Shown: positions 10,026 to 22,121 of the stretch, piece by piece
Numbering within the stretch: the stretch's first letter is position 1
Layout of the letters: every line of letters begins with the position of its first letter
Assembly (NCBI RefSeq): GCF_006345805.1
Contig: NW_021836481.1
Span: 1-23,942, forward strand
Source: Octopus sinensis
Taxonomy: Eukaryota
Length of the DNA stretch: 23,942 nucleotides
Reading direction: 5' to 3'
Program-made: the position numbers and the translations under genes
The notes under the pieces: model-generated
The model's database searches: none
Seen by the model: the letters and a program-made list of their open reading frames with translations, nothing else
Told to the model about the DNA's origin: nothing

Positions 10026-10546
10026 ATTGGGATCCTGAGATCCTAGGATATATAAACACACTGCCTAAATACCAATCTTGAGAAATTAGGCTGCTCAAAA
10101 CCAGAAAGCAGAAAGCTTATTCGAAGACGACAGATCCTATCCATCACTAGGGCTGTAAAACTGTCCAGAAAATTATCATTTATGCATATATGAGTATGTC
10201 TAGATGTGCAACTATATGCATGAGAATACATCCTAGAAGGATGCCCTAACAAAGGCTAGGAGTCCTTCACTCCCAATGGTTTAACCGCGCGATCGGGTAT
10301 TCAGTCCGATTATTTCTGTCCCCGCGTATGATACATCCTTAAGACATTTATTGGATGGCCGTTGACTCTCAAGAGTTCTTCCGCCCTTTGACGGGTTTTG
10401 TTTTTCTTCCCGCAGGGTGTCCAATAAACACCCTCCTCACCAAGCAATCTTGGTGGGGCTGCCGGTGTAGTCACCGACGACCCGACCATGCAACAGGTTG
10501 TACTGGCTTACATGTTACCAACAGCTCGAAAGTGACCTGACACGCC
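10026..10546. repeat. Unclassified repeat F2, longest copy, opposite orientation
   Basis: 10026-10231 is inverted relative to 9580-9783, and 10231-10343 is inverted relative to 12023-12137. 10344-10546 is included only because it is contiguous, GC-richer sequence ending at a (TA) tract. The lower end abuts (CATA)n. Confidence 0.7.
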
Positions 10547-10769
10547 TATATATACATATATATATACACACTCATGTAATCATATGTATGTGTATATGTA
10601 CATATATATGCATATATGTATGAGTGTGTGTATTACCTGTACTCACTAACGACTATGTATTCTGTATAGTCACATAATTTAATTATTCCGTATTATCCCA
10701 AAAGTCTGACTTCATTTTATTCATCTGGAACCAATGAAGATTTGAATCCCGCCCACCCGATCTCTGAAC

Positions 10770-11268
10770 ACTGGCAGAAACATGACATGCTCATGATCTA
10801 TAGACGAAGGTTAAGTTCAGGGAATGCGGGTCAGGCCACTTATCTAAAGTCTCAGAACTTCAAAAGACCAAAGAGATACTCCGAAAATTATGGTCACTGC
10901 TTTTGTTGATGACAACATTGTCAATGTATTAGACTGATAAGGTTATCGATCTCCTTGATTAACAAGAGTATCCGTGTTATTACAGCGATTGAGATAGTCA
11001 AAAGCGCAAAGGCGTCATTAGGAGAAGTCTGAAAATGTTCTACTTTCATTTGATTGGACAGTGGTTCCTCATCCATCGTACATCCCAGGTATGGCGCCAT
11101 CTGAAGTGAACCTCTTCCCATCAAACGACATCGGTGCTTGACAACAACGATTTGATGAATGAAGCGAGAGAGAATTTCAGTGCTATGAAAGTCGATTCGA
11201 CAGTAACTATCTGAATGTTTAAATCACAATGGAGCAAATGCATCGCTCGTGAAGGAGACTACTTTAAA
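10770..11268 (+). pseudogene. Decayed mariner (DD34D-type) transposase catalytic domain
   Basis: Remnants: TG(D)ET(W) near 10770; KIMVTAF (cf. KVMATVFWD); PHPSYIPGMAPSEVNLFP at 11067-11120 (cf. PHPPYSPDLAPSDFHLFP); C-terminal QWSKCIAREGDYFK (cf. RWxKCIxxEGDYFE). Many stops and frameshifts. Confidence 0.75.
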
Positions 11269-11331
11269 ACAGTGGAAGAGTTCGCCGTTTGAGGGAAATT
11301 AGTACATTCAGATAAAGGTGGTGTTATTCAA

Positions 11332-11720
11332 CAGGAGTAGCTGTGTGGTAAGTAGCTTGCTAACCAACCACATGGTTCCGGGTTCAGTCCCACTGCGTGG
11401 CACCTTGGGCATGTGTCTTCTACTATAGCCTCGGGCCGACCAAAGCCTTGTGAGTGGATTTGGTAGATGGAAACTAAAAGAAGCCCGTCGTATATATGTA
11501 TGTGTGTGTGTTTGTGTGTCTGTGTTTGTCCCCCTGGCATTGCTTGACAACCGATGCTGGTGTGTTTATGACCCCGTTACCTAGCGGTTCGGCAAAAGCG
11601 ACCGATAGAATAAGTACTGGGTTTACAAAAGAATAAGCCCCGGGGTCGAGTCGCTCGATTAAAGGCGGTGCTCCAGCATGGCCGCAGTGAAATGACTGAA
11701 ACAAGCAAAAGAATAAAATA
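11332..11720 (+). mobile_element. tRNA-derived SINE family A, near full length
   Basis: caggagtagctgtgtggtaag..., B box ggttcagtccc; collinear with the reverse complement of 4491-4892; A-rich tail. Confidence 0.92.
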
Positions 11721-11841
11721 AAAAAATAAAAACTGAGCGTCTTATATCATTCTACATAAAACTTATCCCCACTTCCGTTAGTTTTTCAGTATAACCTCCG
11801 GATATATGTTTGTGTATACATGTAGCTAAGAATGTATGTAC

Positions 11842-11950
11842 GTCATCGCTCATTTTCATTTCAATACTTCTTGCCAATAGAGAAAGATCCGATTTCTAAA
11901 CTAGATTCAAGGCTCCTTCATTGGAATTTTAACACCAATAACTGGGTATC
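11842..11950. repeat. Unclassified short repeat F1, copy 4 (most complete)
   Basis: Preceded by atgtatgtac and followed by a long (TATG)n. Retains the attca segment (ctagattcaaggctcc) missing from copies 1 and 2. Confidence 0.8.
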
Positions 11951-12022
11951 TTTGTATGTATGTATGTATGTATGTATGTATGTATGTATGTATGTATGTA
12001 TGTATGTATGTATGCATGTATA

Positions 12023-12137
12023 TCTGAGGGATGTATCATGCGCGGGGATATAGAAATAATCGGACTGAATACCCAATCGCGCGCTTAAACCATTGAGAGT
12101 GAAGGACTCTTAGCCTTTGTTAAGGATCCTTCTAGGA
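12023..12137. repeat. Unclassified repeat F2, copy 3 (internal fragment)
   Basis: tctgagggatgtatcatgcgcgggga...aaccattgagagtgaaggactc...ccttctagga is the reverse complement of 10231-10343 and begins directly after (TATG)n. Confidence 0.8.
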
Positions 12138-12384
12138 GAAGGTAACACAGGTAACTAGGATAACTCCGACATAAAACCTGTGGCTCAGTGGTTACCGATT
12201 ATGTTGACTTGTTCTTCTTTTCGGATTATGGCTTAGTGAGTGGGATTGACTCAATGCACAGCCTTTCCTCACTTTAAAAAAAATCTTCTTGCAAAGGCAT
12301 TGCACGATAACAACATTGATTAAGCTTCGTGCAATGGCCATACTCGATAACGAGAGGGCAGCCACCATATATAGGCTAGTCTAT

Positions 12385-12580
12385 GTTGCCTGTGTGTTTT
12401 GTGATAATCCTCCATTACCGCTTGACGAGCCGTGTCATTTTGTGTGCGTCCCGCTAACTTAGCGGTGCGAAAAGAAGGAACAAAAGAATGAGAGCCAGGC
12501 TTAAAATCAAGTACTAGGATAGATTTGTTCGACACAACCCTCGGAAGCGCTGCTCCATCATGGTTGCAGTCAAAGAATAA
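12385..12580 (+). mobile_element. Old, decayed SINE family A-related 3' half
   Basis: ccgcttgac....gtcccgctaacttagcggtgcgaaaaga...aagtactagg..gatttgttcgac...gcgctgctccatcatggttgcagtcaaa is collinear with family A. Confidence 0.65.
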
Positions 12581-12771
12581 AATATGAAAAACAGCAAATT
12601 CGATGAAATTTGAATGAGATTGCTCAGAGTGATTCAGTAGAAAAAAAAGCAAGATGATAAATAAATAAATAATAAAGCAATGCCATTACTTAACAGAAAA
12701 CAATTCCTTTTCCTCAAAAATTTAAAACCCGTCTTTGTAGGCCTCCCTGTTTAAACACCAGTGGCTAAGGG

Positions 12772-12913
12772 CAGCGCTCCCCAGCTGTGTGCTGCGACGC
12801 ACTGGTATGTCACGAGACAATGTTGGGTGTCCCGGAGTGTAACACGAATATATTTTCCCCCTATACTTTTAACGTGACGCTGAATTTTGGAATGAACATG
12901 TTGCAGAGCACTG
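12772..12913. mobile_element. Probable decayed hAT (Charlie/Buster-like) MITE
   Basis: The left end cagcgctccccagctgtgtgctgcgacgcactggtatgtcacgaga resembles Charlie-type termini. The right end gttgcagagcactg is 10/14 complementary to it. The flanking 8-mers gctaaggg and gtcgaggg differ only by transitions, consistent with a decayed 8-bp TSD. Confidence 0.5.
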
Positions 12914-13559
12914 GTCGAGGGCCCTTCTTGAACAGTTTTTATTTCCTATTTTAAACTGTAGTATTTTGGTCTATAACAGCTCGCTATGACCCTGCAGAAC
13001 CGAACGCACCTACCTTTCACAATATCGTTAATCCCTTATCAGTATGATCTCTGTTTGAAGACTGATGGATTAGGTTCATACGGGGACAATTTATGCCCAT
13101 ATCTTTGTAAAATGTTCTGTAATCAAAAATGGCCTGTAGGGACACCTTATTTCATTATGCAACCATAATATACCATAAAGTATGTTAAACGTTGTTATAA
13201 GCCAATATTGTGTTCTACGGTGTTAGCAGTGCGATTTACATCACAGAGCTGGCTATGAATTCTATAGAAAATCTCTAGGGTTAATATTAATAAGTGTCCT
13301 ATTTGCCTGCACATCATGTCACGCATTGGAAGTACTTAATAGAAAAGTATGTCCTTTTCCTGAAAAACTCTAACCCTGACTCTGTAGAGCTCCATGACTG
13401 AAGACCGGTGTCCGAGGCCGCTGGAGAGACAGTCTATTTCTTGATGTTTGTAAACTATTATAGTATTGCACATATCATATCACACTCGATAAGATGTAAA
13501 CAACGCCAGAAATTTCTGCCAGCGCATCTTTCTACGTTCACTTAACACTCTGCTCTTCG

Positions 13560-13931
13560 TGGTAAATAATGACTTCTTTTTATCCATATATTTTTTGTTC
13601 TTCTTGTTCTTGCTGCTTTTGCTGTTGTTGTTGTTCTTTTCTTGTTGTTGTTGTTGTTCTTGTTCTTGTTCTTCTTTTTCTTCTTCTTCTTCTTCTTCTT
13701 CTTCTTCTCCTTCTTCTCCTTCTTCTTCTTCTTCTTCTCCTTCTTCTTCTTCTTCTTCTTCTTCTTCTTCCCTTCTTCTTCCCCTTCTTCTCCTCCCTTT
13801 TCTTCTTCCTCTACTTCCTCTTCTTCTTTTTGTTGTTCTTTTTCTTCATCTTCTTCTTCTTCTTCTTCTTCTCCTTCATTTTCTTGTTCTTTTTTTATTC
13901 TTCTTCTCTTATCCTTTCCTCATCCTTCCAC

Positions 13932-13979
<48 letters not shown>

Positions 13980-14003
13980 TACCATTGTTATTATTATCAT
14001 TAC

Positions 14004-14074
<71 letters not shown>

Positions 14075-14160
14075 TTGTCGTTGTTGTTACTATTATTATT
14101 ATTCAATTTGTTTTTACTATTACGACTACAATAATCATTGTCGATGTTGTTGTTGTGATT
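13560..14160. repeat. Compound trinucleotide microsatellite: (TTG)/(TTC)n, (ATT)n, (AGT)n
   Basis: Directly visible; the source of the poly-L/S/F/I/Y ORFs. Confidence 0.95.
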
Positions 14161-14309
14161 ACATTGTGGGACATTTAATATATTTTGGGAAACATAGATA
14201 GCTGGAGAACGTTTAGAAAAATATCAAATTGCCCACATAAGCACTCCCGAGGATGTGCGCAAAGATTTTATACGATTGACTTGAAATAATTGGAAATAAA
14301 AATCAAATA

Positions 14310-14528
14310 CTATATATTCATACATGCGTAGAAGGTATATACACATAGAGAAGTATATACATAAGTGTATGTATAGCAACATAAACACACACACACACAC
14401 ATATATCTATATCTACACACATATATACATATATACGTACTTACCTGCGAATATATGAATATATATATACACATACGTGCATTCATACATATGTACATAC
14501 GTATATGTGTGTATGTGTATATATATAT

Positions 14529-14569
<41 letters not shown>

Positions 14570-14981
14570 TATACATATATATATATATATAGAGAGAGAG
14601 AAGAGAGAGACATATATTTACCTACATCTATATATGCATGCAGATATATATATAATATATATATTATATACCCACATGTATATATGTATATATAAACACA
14701 CACACACATATATATACACATAAGTATACGACGGCACACACATGTCAATGTAGGTAAGAATATATATATAATATATATATATATATATTATATATAAATA
14801 TACATATATATAAATATATACATATACATATACATATACATATATATATATGTATATATATGGAATATTTGTAAAAACAACTCTTGTTTTTTATATTTGT
14901 TGATTGACCAATATATATAGATGTATACACATGTATATATATGTCAATGCAAACATTGGTGTATGTGTGGGTTTGTCAGTG

Positions 14982-15018
<37 letters not shown>

Positions 15019-15493
15019 GTATATACGTACATATATGTATATACATATATATACATATATATATATATATGTATACATATATATACATATATATATATAT
15101 TTGCATATACACAAACGTGCATCATACACACATATACATACACATACACGCACACAATTTGTATATGGCACTCAAGAATGTATCACGTGCATATAAATAA
15201 ATATAAATTTAGTGTACAAATCTGCTGATAACTTCTTTTTCCTGTTATGATATCGTTTAGTTTCATTAAGCTGTTTGATATGTGTATTAGTTCTACTATT
15301 TTCATATATATCTTTCATATGTTTGTTAGGTAGTTATGTACGTAGTATATGCATATATATATATATAAATATTTGTATATATATATATATATACATATTT
15401 ATACATATGTATATATACAAGTATATATATGTATACATATATATACACACACATAGAGACCCACATATATATGTAAACGTAGATATATATCAC

Positions 15494-15530
<37 letters not shown>

Positions 15531-15785
15531 TTGCTTATAAATCCATCTATCTAACTATTTATCTATCTACCTATCTATCTATCTATCTATCTATCTATCT
15601 GTCTATCTATCTATCTATCTATCTATTTGGCTATAAATCCATCTATCTATGTGTCTATCTATTTATCTAGTTATCTATATATATTATATATATGTGCGTA
15701 AGCGTGTGACCTCGTGCGTCTAATAGAATATACCTACCTGTATACAATAAGGCATATATTTATATATATATGTATAAATATATAT

Positions 15786-15818
<33 letters not shown>

Positions 15819-15850
15819 TACACACACATATATATATTTATATATACATT
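14310..15850. repeat. Mosaic (TA)n/(TACA)n/(CA)n/(TATC)n low-complexity tract
   Basis: Directly visible; the source of the YI/HT/CV-repeat ORFs. Confidence 0.9.
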
Positions 15851-16319
15851 TTTATATTCCCCGGCATGTATATCAGATCTTACCTTCACGTTATGATTCT
15901 TATGGTGAATTCATAGTTTTTTTGTATTATAAATTTATCTACATTTTTCAATATATATCTCCATCAAATTTATGTGTGTGCACGAGCAAGTATATTTGTG
16001 TGTATGTGTGTTTATATATGCAGTAGAGTATGTCCATATGTGCGTGTGTGTGTTTGTGTCTTTGTGTATGTGTCTTTGTATCTTTTCGTTTGTATGTGTT
16101 TGCATTTTTTTTTATCTATAAATTTTGTCTATTTTTTTTCCTACATTCATATATTTATTTCTGTTACATTTTAAACGCTCGATTTAATATAAATACGATA
16201 TTGGCTAGGAATATATAAAAACGAAAATAAAGGAAGAATATTCAGCTGCAATAAAACATATAACAGTATTAATAATAATAATGTTGATTATGAGAATGAA
16301 GATGACGATAATAAAGATC

Positions 16320-16320
<1 letters not shown>

Positions 16321-16386
<66 letters not shown>

Positions 16387-16404
16387 GGATAGTAATAATA
16401 ATAA
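16321..16404. repeat. (TAA)n microsatellite
   Basis: Directly visible. Confidence 0.95.
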
Positions 16405-16704
16405 TACAACATCAATGATAATAAGATGATATATATGAAATCAAGACCTATACACGAAAAAAAATATGCGGACACCTGCATATACAGATATATATATATA
16501 TAACACATGGAACCTCTCAAAGAAGCATACACAAACTCATTTATGTATATATGTGGACATATGTACATAGACACACGTATATAGATATATGTACAATGCC
16601 ACACACGTATATCGACGCACCGTTATAGATACGAGTAGAGACGCGGACACATTAACACCGAAATATGCATACATGCATATATATATACATACATACATTC
16701 ATAC

Positions 16705-16759
<55 letters not shown>

Positions 16760-16763
<4 letters not shown>

Positions 16764-17311
16764 GGCGTTGGACAAAATAATGGAAACACATAGCATCATA
16801 ACATAATAATTCTGAATTATCTATAAAACCGTCAAAAACTTTATTATTTTCATGGTTCTTTGATTTACTATTATTGTAACTTAATATGTTTTGATAAAAT
16901 TGTCGTTCCTTTTCAGATACGAGCATAAAAAGTTAATTAAAATTCAATAAAATTACAGATCTATCGGACTTTGAAAGAGGTCAAATTGTTGGTGTTCGTA
17001 TGGCAGGCGCTAGCGTTACGGAAACAGCTGAAATGTCTGGTGTAACCAGAAGTACTCTCCCGAAAGTAATGGCAGCCTTTGAGAAGTAGGGAAAAACCTC
17101 CTCGTCGAAAGAACATTCCTGAAGAAATCGAAAACTTTATGATAGGGATCGTTGGACTCTTACGTGAATTGTAAGAAAGGATCACAAAAATACAGGTCCC
17201 AAGATTACTGCAGAGCTTAATGACCACCACGAGAAGTCAGTTTCCACTAAAACTATTCACCAGGAGCTGCACAAAGCCCGATTTCACGTGAGAGCTGCAA
17301 TCACAAAACCA
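16760..17311 (+). mobile_element. 5' half of a decayed Tc1-type DNA transposon (left TIR plus transposase DNA-binding domain)
   Basis: TA|CACAGGCGTTGGACAAAATAATGGAAACAC resembles Tc1 TIRs. From 16958 the frame reads DLSDFERGQIVGVRMAGASVTETAEMSGVTRSTLPKVMAAFEK*GKTSSSK, then KLYDRDRWTLT*IVRKDHKNTGPKITAELNDHHEKSVSTKTIHQELHKARFHVRAAITKP (paired-like HTH plus HTH_Tnp_Tc3_2-type region). No right TIR found. Confidence 0.88.
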
Positions 17312-17719
17312 TGATCATTAGGGCTGAATTCAATTCCCAATGCGAATTTAGTTTAAGGCACTCTACAAACTATGGCGTTGTGGATATTGTTGTTGCTGCT
17401 GTTTTTGTGTTTTTTGTTGCTGTTGTTGTTGCTGTTTTTGTTCCTGTCATTGTTCTTTATTTCTCCGTCAGCGCTCATGAACCATGTCTTTCACCAAATG
17501 TATTGCAGGCAGCCACATCATCCTGTGTTTGTTAATCCAAAACACAGTTCACCCATGAACGTAAAAACCAAGATAGAACGAGTATCTCAAGTCATTTAGG
17601 ATAATTTAATTAGAAGTCTTACAGCCGTTTCAAGGATAACACAAGTGTTAGTTTAGCAAACCCATGCTCTGAGTATTAGGTCATCAGATCTAACACGAAT
17701 TGATCTTCTCCATACAAAC

Positions 17720-18860
17720 CATCACCAGCCGCACCAGCAGCAGCAGTACTACCATAACCCCCCCCCCCGCACCACCACCATCACCACCGCCGCCGCCGCC
17801 ACCACCTTCCATCACCACCAACACAATTACCATTATCTTTAACATCACCACCACCACCACCGGCACATTTGTCACAACCATTACCACCACCGTCACCAAC
17901 ATCCCCACCAGCATTACCACAACCATCACCACCACAACCATTAACAAAGCCACTACTGCCACCATTATGACTATCAACTCAAAGGACACTACCTACATCA
18001 TCCACCTTCACCACGACCACCACCACCACCATCACCATCATCGTCATCGTCGTCGTCGTCGTCGTCGACATCATCATCATCATCATTACCACCGCCACCA
18101 TTACCACTAACCCCATCATCATCATTTGCAGAAGTATTATCACTACCCTCCCCCCACCACTACTACAATCACCACTACCACCACCGCCACTACCACCAGC
18201 ACAACGACCACCAGCACCACGACCACTACAACCATCATTATCATCATCGTCATCATTACATTCATCACCAACATCACTGCTACACCATCATCATCTGCAG
18301 AAGCAGCATTAGCTCCACTACTACCACCACAACTACCACCACAACTACCACAACTACCACCGCCGCCACTACCACCACCACCACAACTACCACAACCACA
18401 ACCAACTCCACCACCACCACAACTACCACAACCACAAACACCACCAGCGCCACCACCGCCACCACCACCACCACCACCACAACTACCACCACCACCACAA
18501 CTCCCACAACCACAACCATCACCGCCACCACCGCCACCACCATCACCCCCCCACCAACACAACCACCACAACTACCACAACCAACACCACCACCACCGCC
18601 GCAACTACCACAACTACCACCACCACCACCATCATCATCGTCACCATCATCACATCCACCACCAAACATATTGGCAACAACGACAGCAGACATCAGAAAG
18701 ACCACAACCATAACAACCAGCGACGCAACCACCACCACCACCACCACCACCACCACCATCACAACCAGCCACCACCTCCACCACCACTAAGACTATCACT
18801 ACCACCACCACAACCATCATTAACACAACCGCTACTCCCATCACCATTACGAAACAAATC
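17720..18860. repeat. Long degenerate (CAC/CCA/CAT/CAA) trinucleotide mosaic
   Basis: Directly visible; all frames give homopolymeric P/T/H/Q or G/V/W runs. Confidence 0.9.
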
Positions 18861-19279
18861 TTCGGCAACCAGAATACCTGCAACAATTTGCAATGAGATC
18901 AAATAGCCGGACATTTTCGAGTCTGGGAGCTGAGACCTCCGTATTCAATATATGCAGATTAAGTCAGAAAGTAACCTATCTCTGTGTGTACATATTATTA
19001 CCAGGAGGTGTTAATCAACGCTTTGCGCTCGCCTGGCTCATTGTCTGTTTGTGCGAAAGCTAAGATGGCGAAAATGGTCGTATATCAACTTTCGCTTTCA
19101 TTTCGTGGCGAAAATTCCCACTTCGTCTTCTGACAGTAATAATTCAATATTTTAAGGCAAGAATGTGTCGGCTTACAACATTCGATGTCATATTTGTGGT
19201 ATGTGTGAGTGTTTGTAAGTACGGATTACCATGCTTGGGTTTCTAGGTAATTTGGTATGTGTGTATATGTGCACGGCCC

Positions 19280-20560
19280 GCGTTTGCGTGTAGGTATGTG
19301 ATTAAAATGGTGGTAAACGCCTGTTTGTGTGTGAGCCTGAGCGTGTGTAAGATTACCTGTGTGCGTGTCTTTGTATGTATGTATGTGTACGTGTTTGTGT
19401 ATTTGTGTATGTGTGTGTGTGTGTGAATATGGATCTCTTGTGCACGAAGCAGGTAGATGGCGCTCGGTTGGATGTAGGTATGTCTTTAAAATGGAGGTGA
19501 GCGCTTGCGGGTCTGTAACTGTGAGTGTGCATAAGACGGCCTTTCTGTGTGCGGTTGTGTGTTTGTGCACGTGCATATATATATATATATTTGTGGTGTT
19601 TGCATACGTGTGTGTGTGTGTGTGTGTGATTGTGTTTCTTGGGTTCGTACGAGGTAGATGGCGCGTGATTATATGTGTGCGATTTTAAGAGAAAGGTGAA
19701 AATCTGCGTATGTACAAGAGGGAGTGCCTCTGATCTCGTGTGTGGTTTTGTAAATGTTTGTGTGTGTGTGCATAAGTGAGAGTGTACCTGTGTGTGTGTG
19801 TGCATGCGCGTGTGCATATGCGCGTGTGTATACATGTGTGCGTATGTGTGTCTGTGTGTGTGTGTGTGAATACGTCGATGCGGGTGTGCGTGTGTGTATG
19901 TCTGACCATGTGTTCCTTGCACTTGAAGGAGGTAGATGTCACGAGTTTTTCTATATGAATTTACTCAAGAGAGAGATAGAGAGATGTGTGTGTATGTGTG
20001 CGTACATATGAGGTTGCTTCTGTGTGCGTGTCCGTATTTCTTTATCTTTATATGTGTGTGGGACTGTATGCATGTGAGTGCTTGTGTGATGCCGTAAATA
20101 TTGGATCCTTAGGTTCCAATATCTTTATCTCTAGGACAGTGTTGGACACTGTTTAAGTGTGTGAGACATTACCCATTTCTTTATTACCCACAAGGGGCTA
20201 AACATAGAAGGGACAAACAAGGACAGTCATAGGTATTAAGTCGATTACATCGACCCCAGTGCGTAACTGGTACTTAATTTATTGACCCCGAAAGGATGAA
20301 AGGTAAAGTCGACCTCGGCGGAATTTGAACTCAGTACGTAGCGGCAGACGAAATTCCGCTCAGCATTTCGCCCGGCGTGCTAACGTTTCTGCCAGCTCGC
20401 CGCCTTAATGTGAGACATTACCACTGCGTGGTGTATGTGTGTATGTGTGTGTGAGTGTGTGTTTGTGAATATTCGGTTCTTGTCCAGGAGGAAGTGAGAT
20501 GGCGCTCGTCATCATGTGATTGGGTCACTTAAAGAAGGCTTCGCCTGTTTGTGTGTGTTT
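19280..20560 (+). repeat. Degenerate TG-rich ~190-280-bp repeat with a conserved AGGTAGATGGCGC core
   Basis: Core at 19451, 19652, 19930 (variant) and 20491 (variant). tgtaggtatgt..ttaaaatgg.ggt is repeated at ~19288 and ~19473, and gtgaatat...tcttgt precedes the cores at 19451 and 20491. Confidence 0.55.
20174..20408 (-). mobile_element. SINE family B, full-length monomer with a 14-bp TSD
   Basis: Reverse complement of the 6085-6328 type. TGTGAGACATTACC occurs at both 20160-20173 and 20409-20422. Confidence 0.95.
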
Positions 20561-20648
20561 ATGTAAGAGAAAAAAAAAGCGATTGTCTCTCTATGTAATT
20601 GTGAGTACATGTGTGTGTCTTTCTCTGGTGTACAAGAATATGTGTGCG

Positions 20649-20681
<33 letters not shown>

Positions 20682-20685
20682 TTAT

Positions 20686-20855
20686 CTTTTATCTTTTGCT
20701 GGTTTCAGTCATTGGACTGCAGCCATGCCTGGGCTTCGCATTGGTGGCGTTTTCTTTAGTCGAGACATCGATTCTATAACTTGGTATTTAAAAAATTTTA
20801 CACGTTCGAGACGTCTCTTACGCCGAGGAAATAGATTACAGGGATGTAAACAAAG
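20686..20855 (-). mobile_element. Decayed SINE family A-related 3' fragment
   Basis: tttcagtcattggactgcagccatgc...ctttagtcgagacatcga...tctcttacgccg...ttacagggatgtaaaca is collinear with 4491-4650. Confidence 0.6.
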
Positions 20856-21230
20856 TAATACCCAGTAGTAGACACCGAGACAAACAGACAGACGGACAAT
20901 CAGAGTATCAGACAGATAGATAAATCGAGAGAGAGGGAGAGAGAAAAAGAGAAAGAGAGAGAGAGAGAGATTAACAGCTCAGTTAAAAACTTAGTGACAA
21001 AGATATTGAAAGATAATTAGAGAAATAGATAGAGAGATAGATAGATAGATAGATAGATAGTAGGTAGATAGATAGATAGATACATAAACAGATAGGTAGA
21101 ACAAACAGAACGACAGACAGACAGACAGATAGGTAATATATATATATATTATATATTATATATAATATATATATATATATATTATAGATAGAGATAGTAA
21201 TAGATAGATGATAGATATATAGATAGATAA

Positions 21231-21964
21231 GTTTCTTTATTGGCCACACAGGGCTGCACACAGGGCTGCACACAGATGGGACAAGTTACAAGGTAGAGCT
21301 TTTCTTTTGGGGATGAAAAAACCCCCAAAAAAAACAAGAAACAAAAGAAACAAAAAAAAGGTGGCGTAGGTTTTCGATCAAAAGGGATCGTAAAGGGGAA
21401 AAAGAACAAGAAAGAAAAAAAAGAGAAAAGGAAAAGGAACAAAAGAAAAGAGAAATGAAAAAAAGAAGAAAAAGGGGAAAAACAGGGGAAGAGGAAAAAA
21501 ACGATCAATAGGGATCGTGTATCACAGTGTTATGGTGTATGATGTAAAGGGGAAAGCAAGTAATGTTTTTCTGTGGGAAGAAAAGCCTACGAAAAAGACC
21601 GCGGTAACGTTGGTCAATATTGTTATATGTTACCACATTTGTTTGCAAGTGGGTAACCCTCTCTTTTCAATTTCTGGGTTCATAGGATTATGCTCAAGGT
21701 GGCTTCGTCATTCATACGTGCCATCCTTGCTACATTCACCCATCTTTTTTTAAAACGTTCGCTAGACAAAACTTGCCTCTCTACTCTCACTTTCCTTTCC
21801 AAGTGGTACTTGAAGAAGTTGATGAGAGATTGACCAGAGAGGAAAGTGTTTGTCTCCAATCCTTTCAGACGCGTCCACCAGATACATTCTTTCGCCATAG
21901 CTACAAGGATGATGAAAATAGCTCTTCCTTCCCGTTTGAAGGAAGGAGGCATGACAATATTGAC
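21231..21964 (-). mobile_element. 5'-truncated L1/Tx1-type LINE 3' end (ORF2 C-terminus, stop at 21680-21682, 3' UTR, AATAAA), embedded in (GATA)n
   Basis: FIILVAMAKECIWWTRLKGLETNTFLSGQSLINFFKYHLERKVRVERQVLSSERFKKRWVNVARM fits the AKxxIWxxR ... FxxRW pattern of L1-clade ORF2 ends. Homologous to 554-1016 and 22122-22298. Contains a 12-bp tandem duplication cacagggctgca. Confidence 0.78.
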
Positions 21965-22040
21965 GATAGATAGATAGATAGCTAGATAGATTGATAGATA
22001 GATAGATAGATTGATAGATAGATAGATAGATAGATTGATT

Positions 22041-22120
<80 letters not shown>
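21965..22120. repeat. (GATA)n microsatellite between two LINE fragments
   Basis: Directly visible. Confidence 0.95.
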
Positions 22121-22121
22121 T

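Noticed and set aside
13394-13438. Hammerhead-like CTGAAGA-CCGGTG..CGCTGG-AGAGAC-AGTC
   Set aside because: GAAA is replaced by AGAGA and no stem I can form; at best a dead relic and possibly chance.
13559-14178. Three overlapping 158-191 aa ORFs
   Set aside because: Pure (TTC)/(ATT)/(AGT) microsatellite translations.
17690-18886. Long Pro/His/Thr/Gln- or Gly/Val-rich ORFs (up to 195 aa)
   Set aside because: They are translations of a degenerate CAC/CCA trinucleotide mosaic, open in several frames on both strands, with no domain or splice evidence.
19060-19075. AAGATGGCG YY1-like or start-codon motif
   Set aside because: A short motif expected by chance; the ORF it opens ends after ~22 codons and there is no other promoter evidence.
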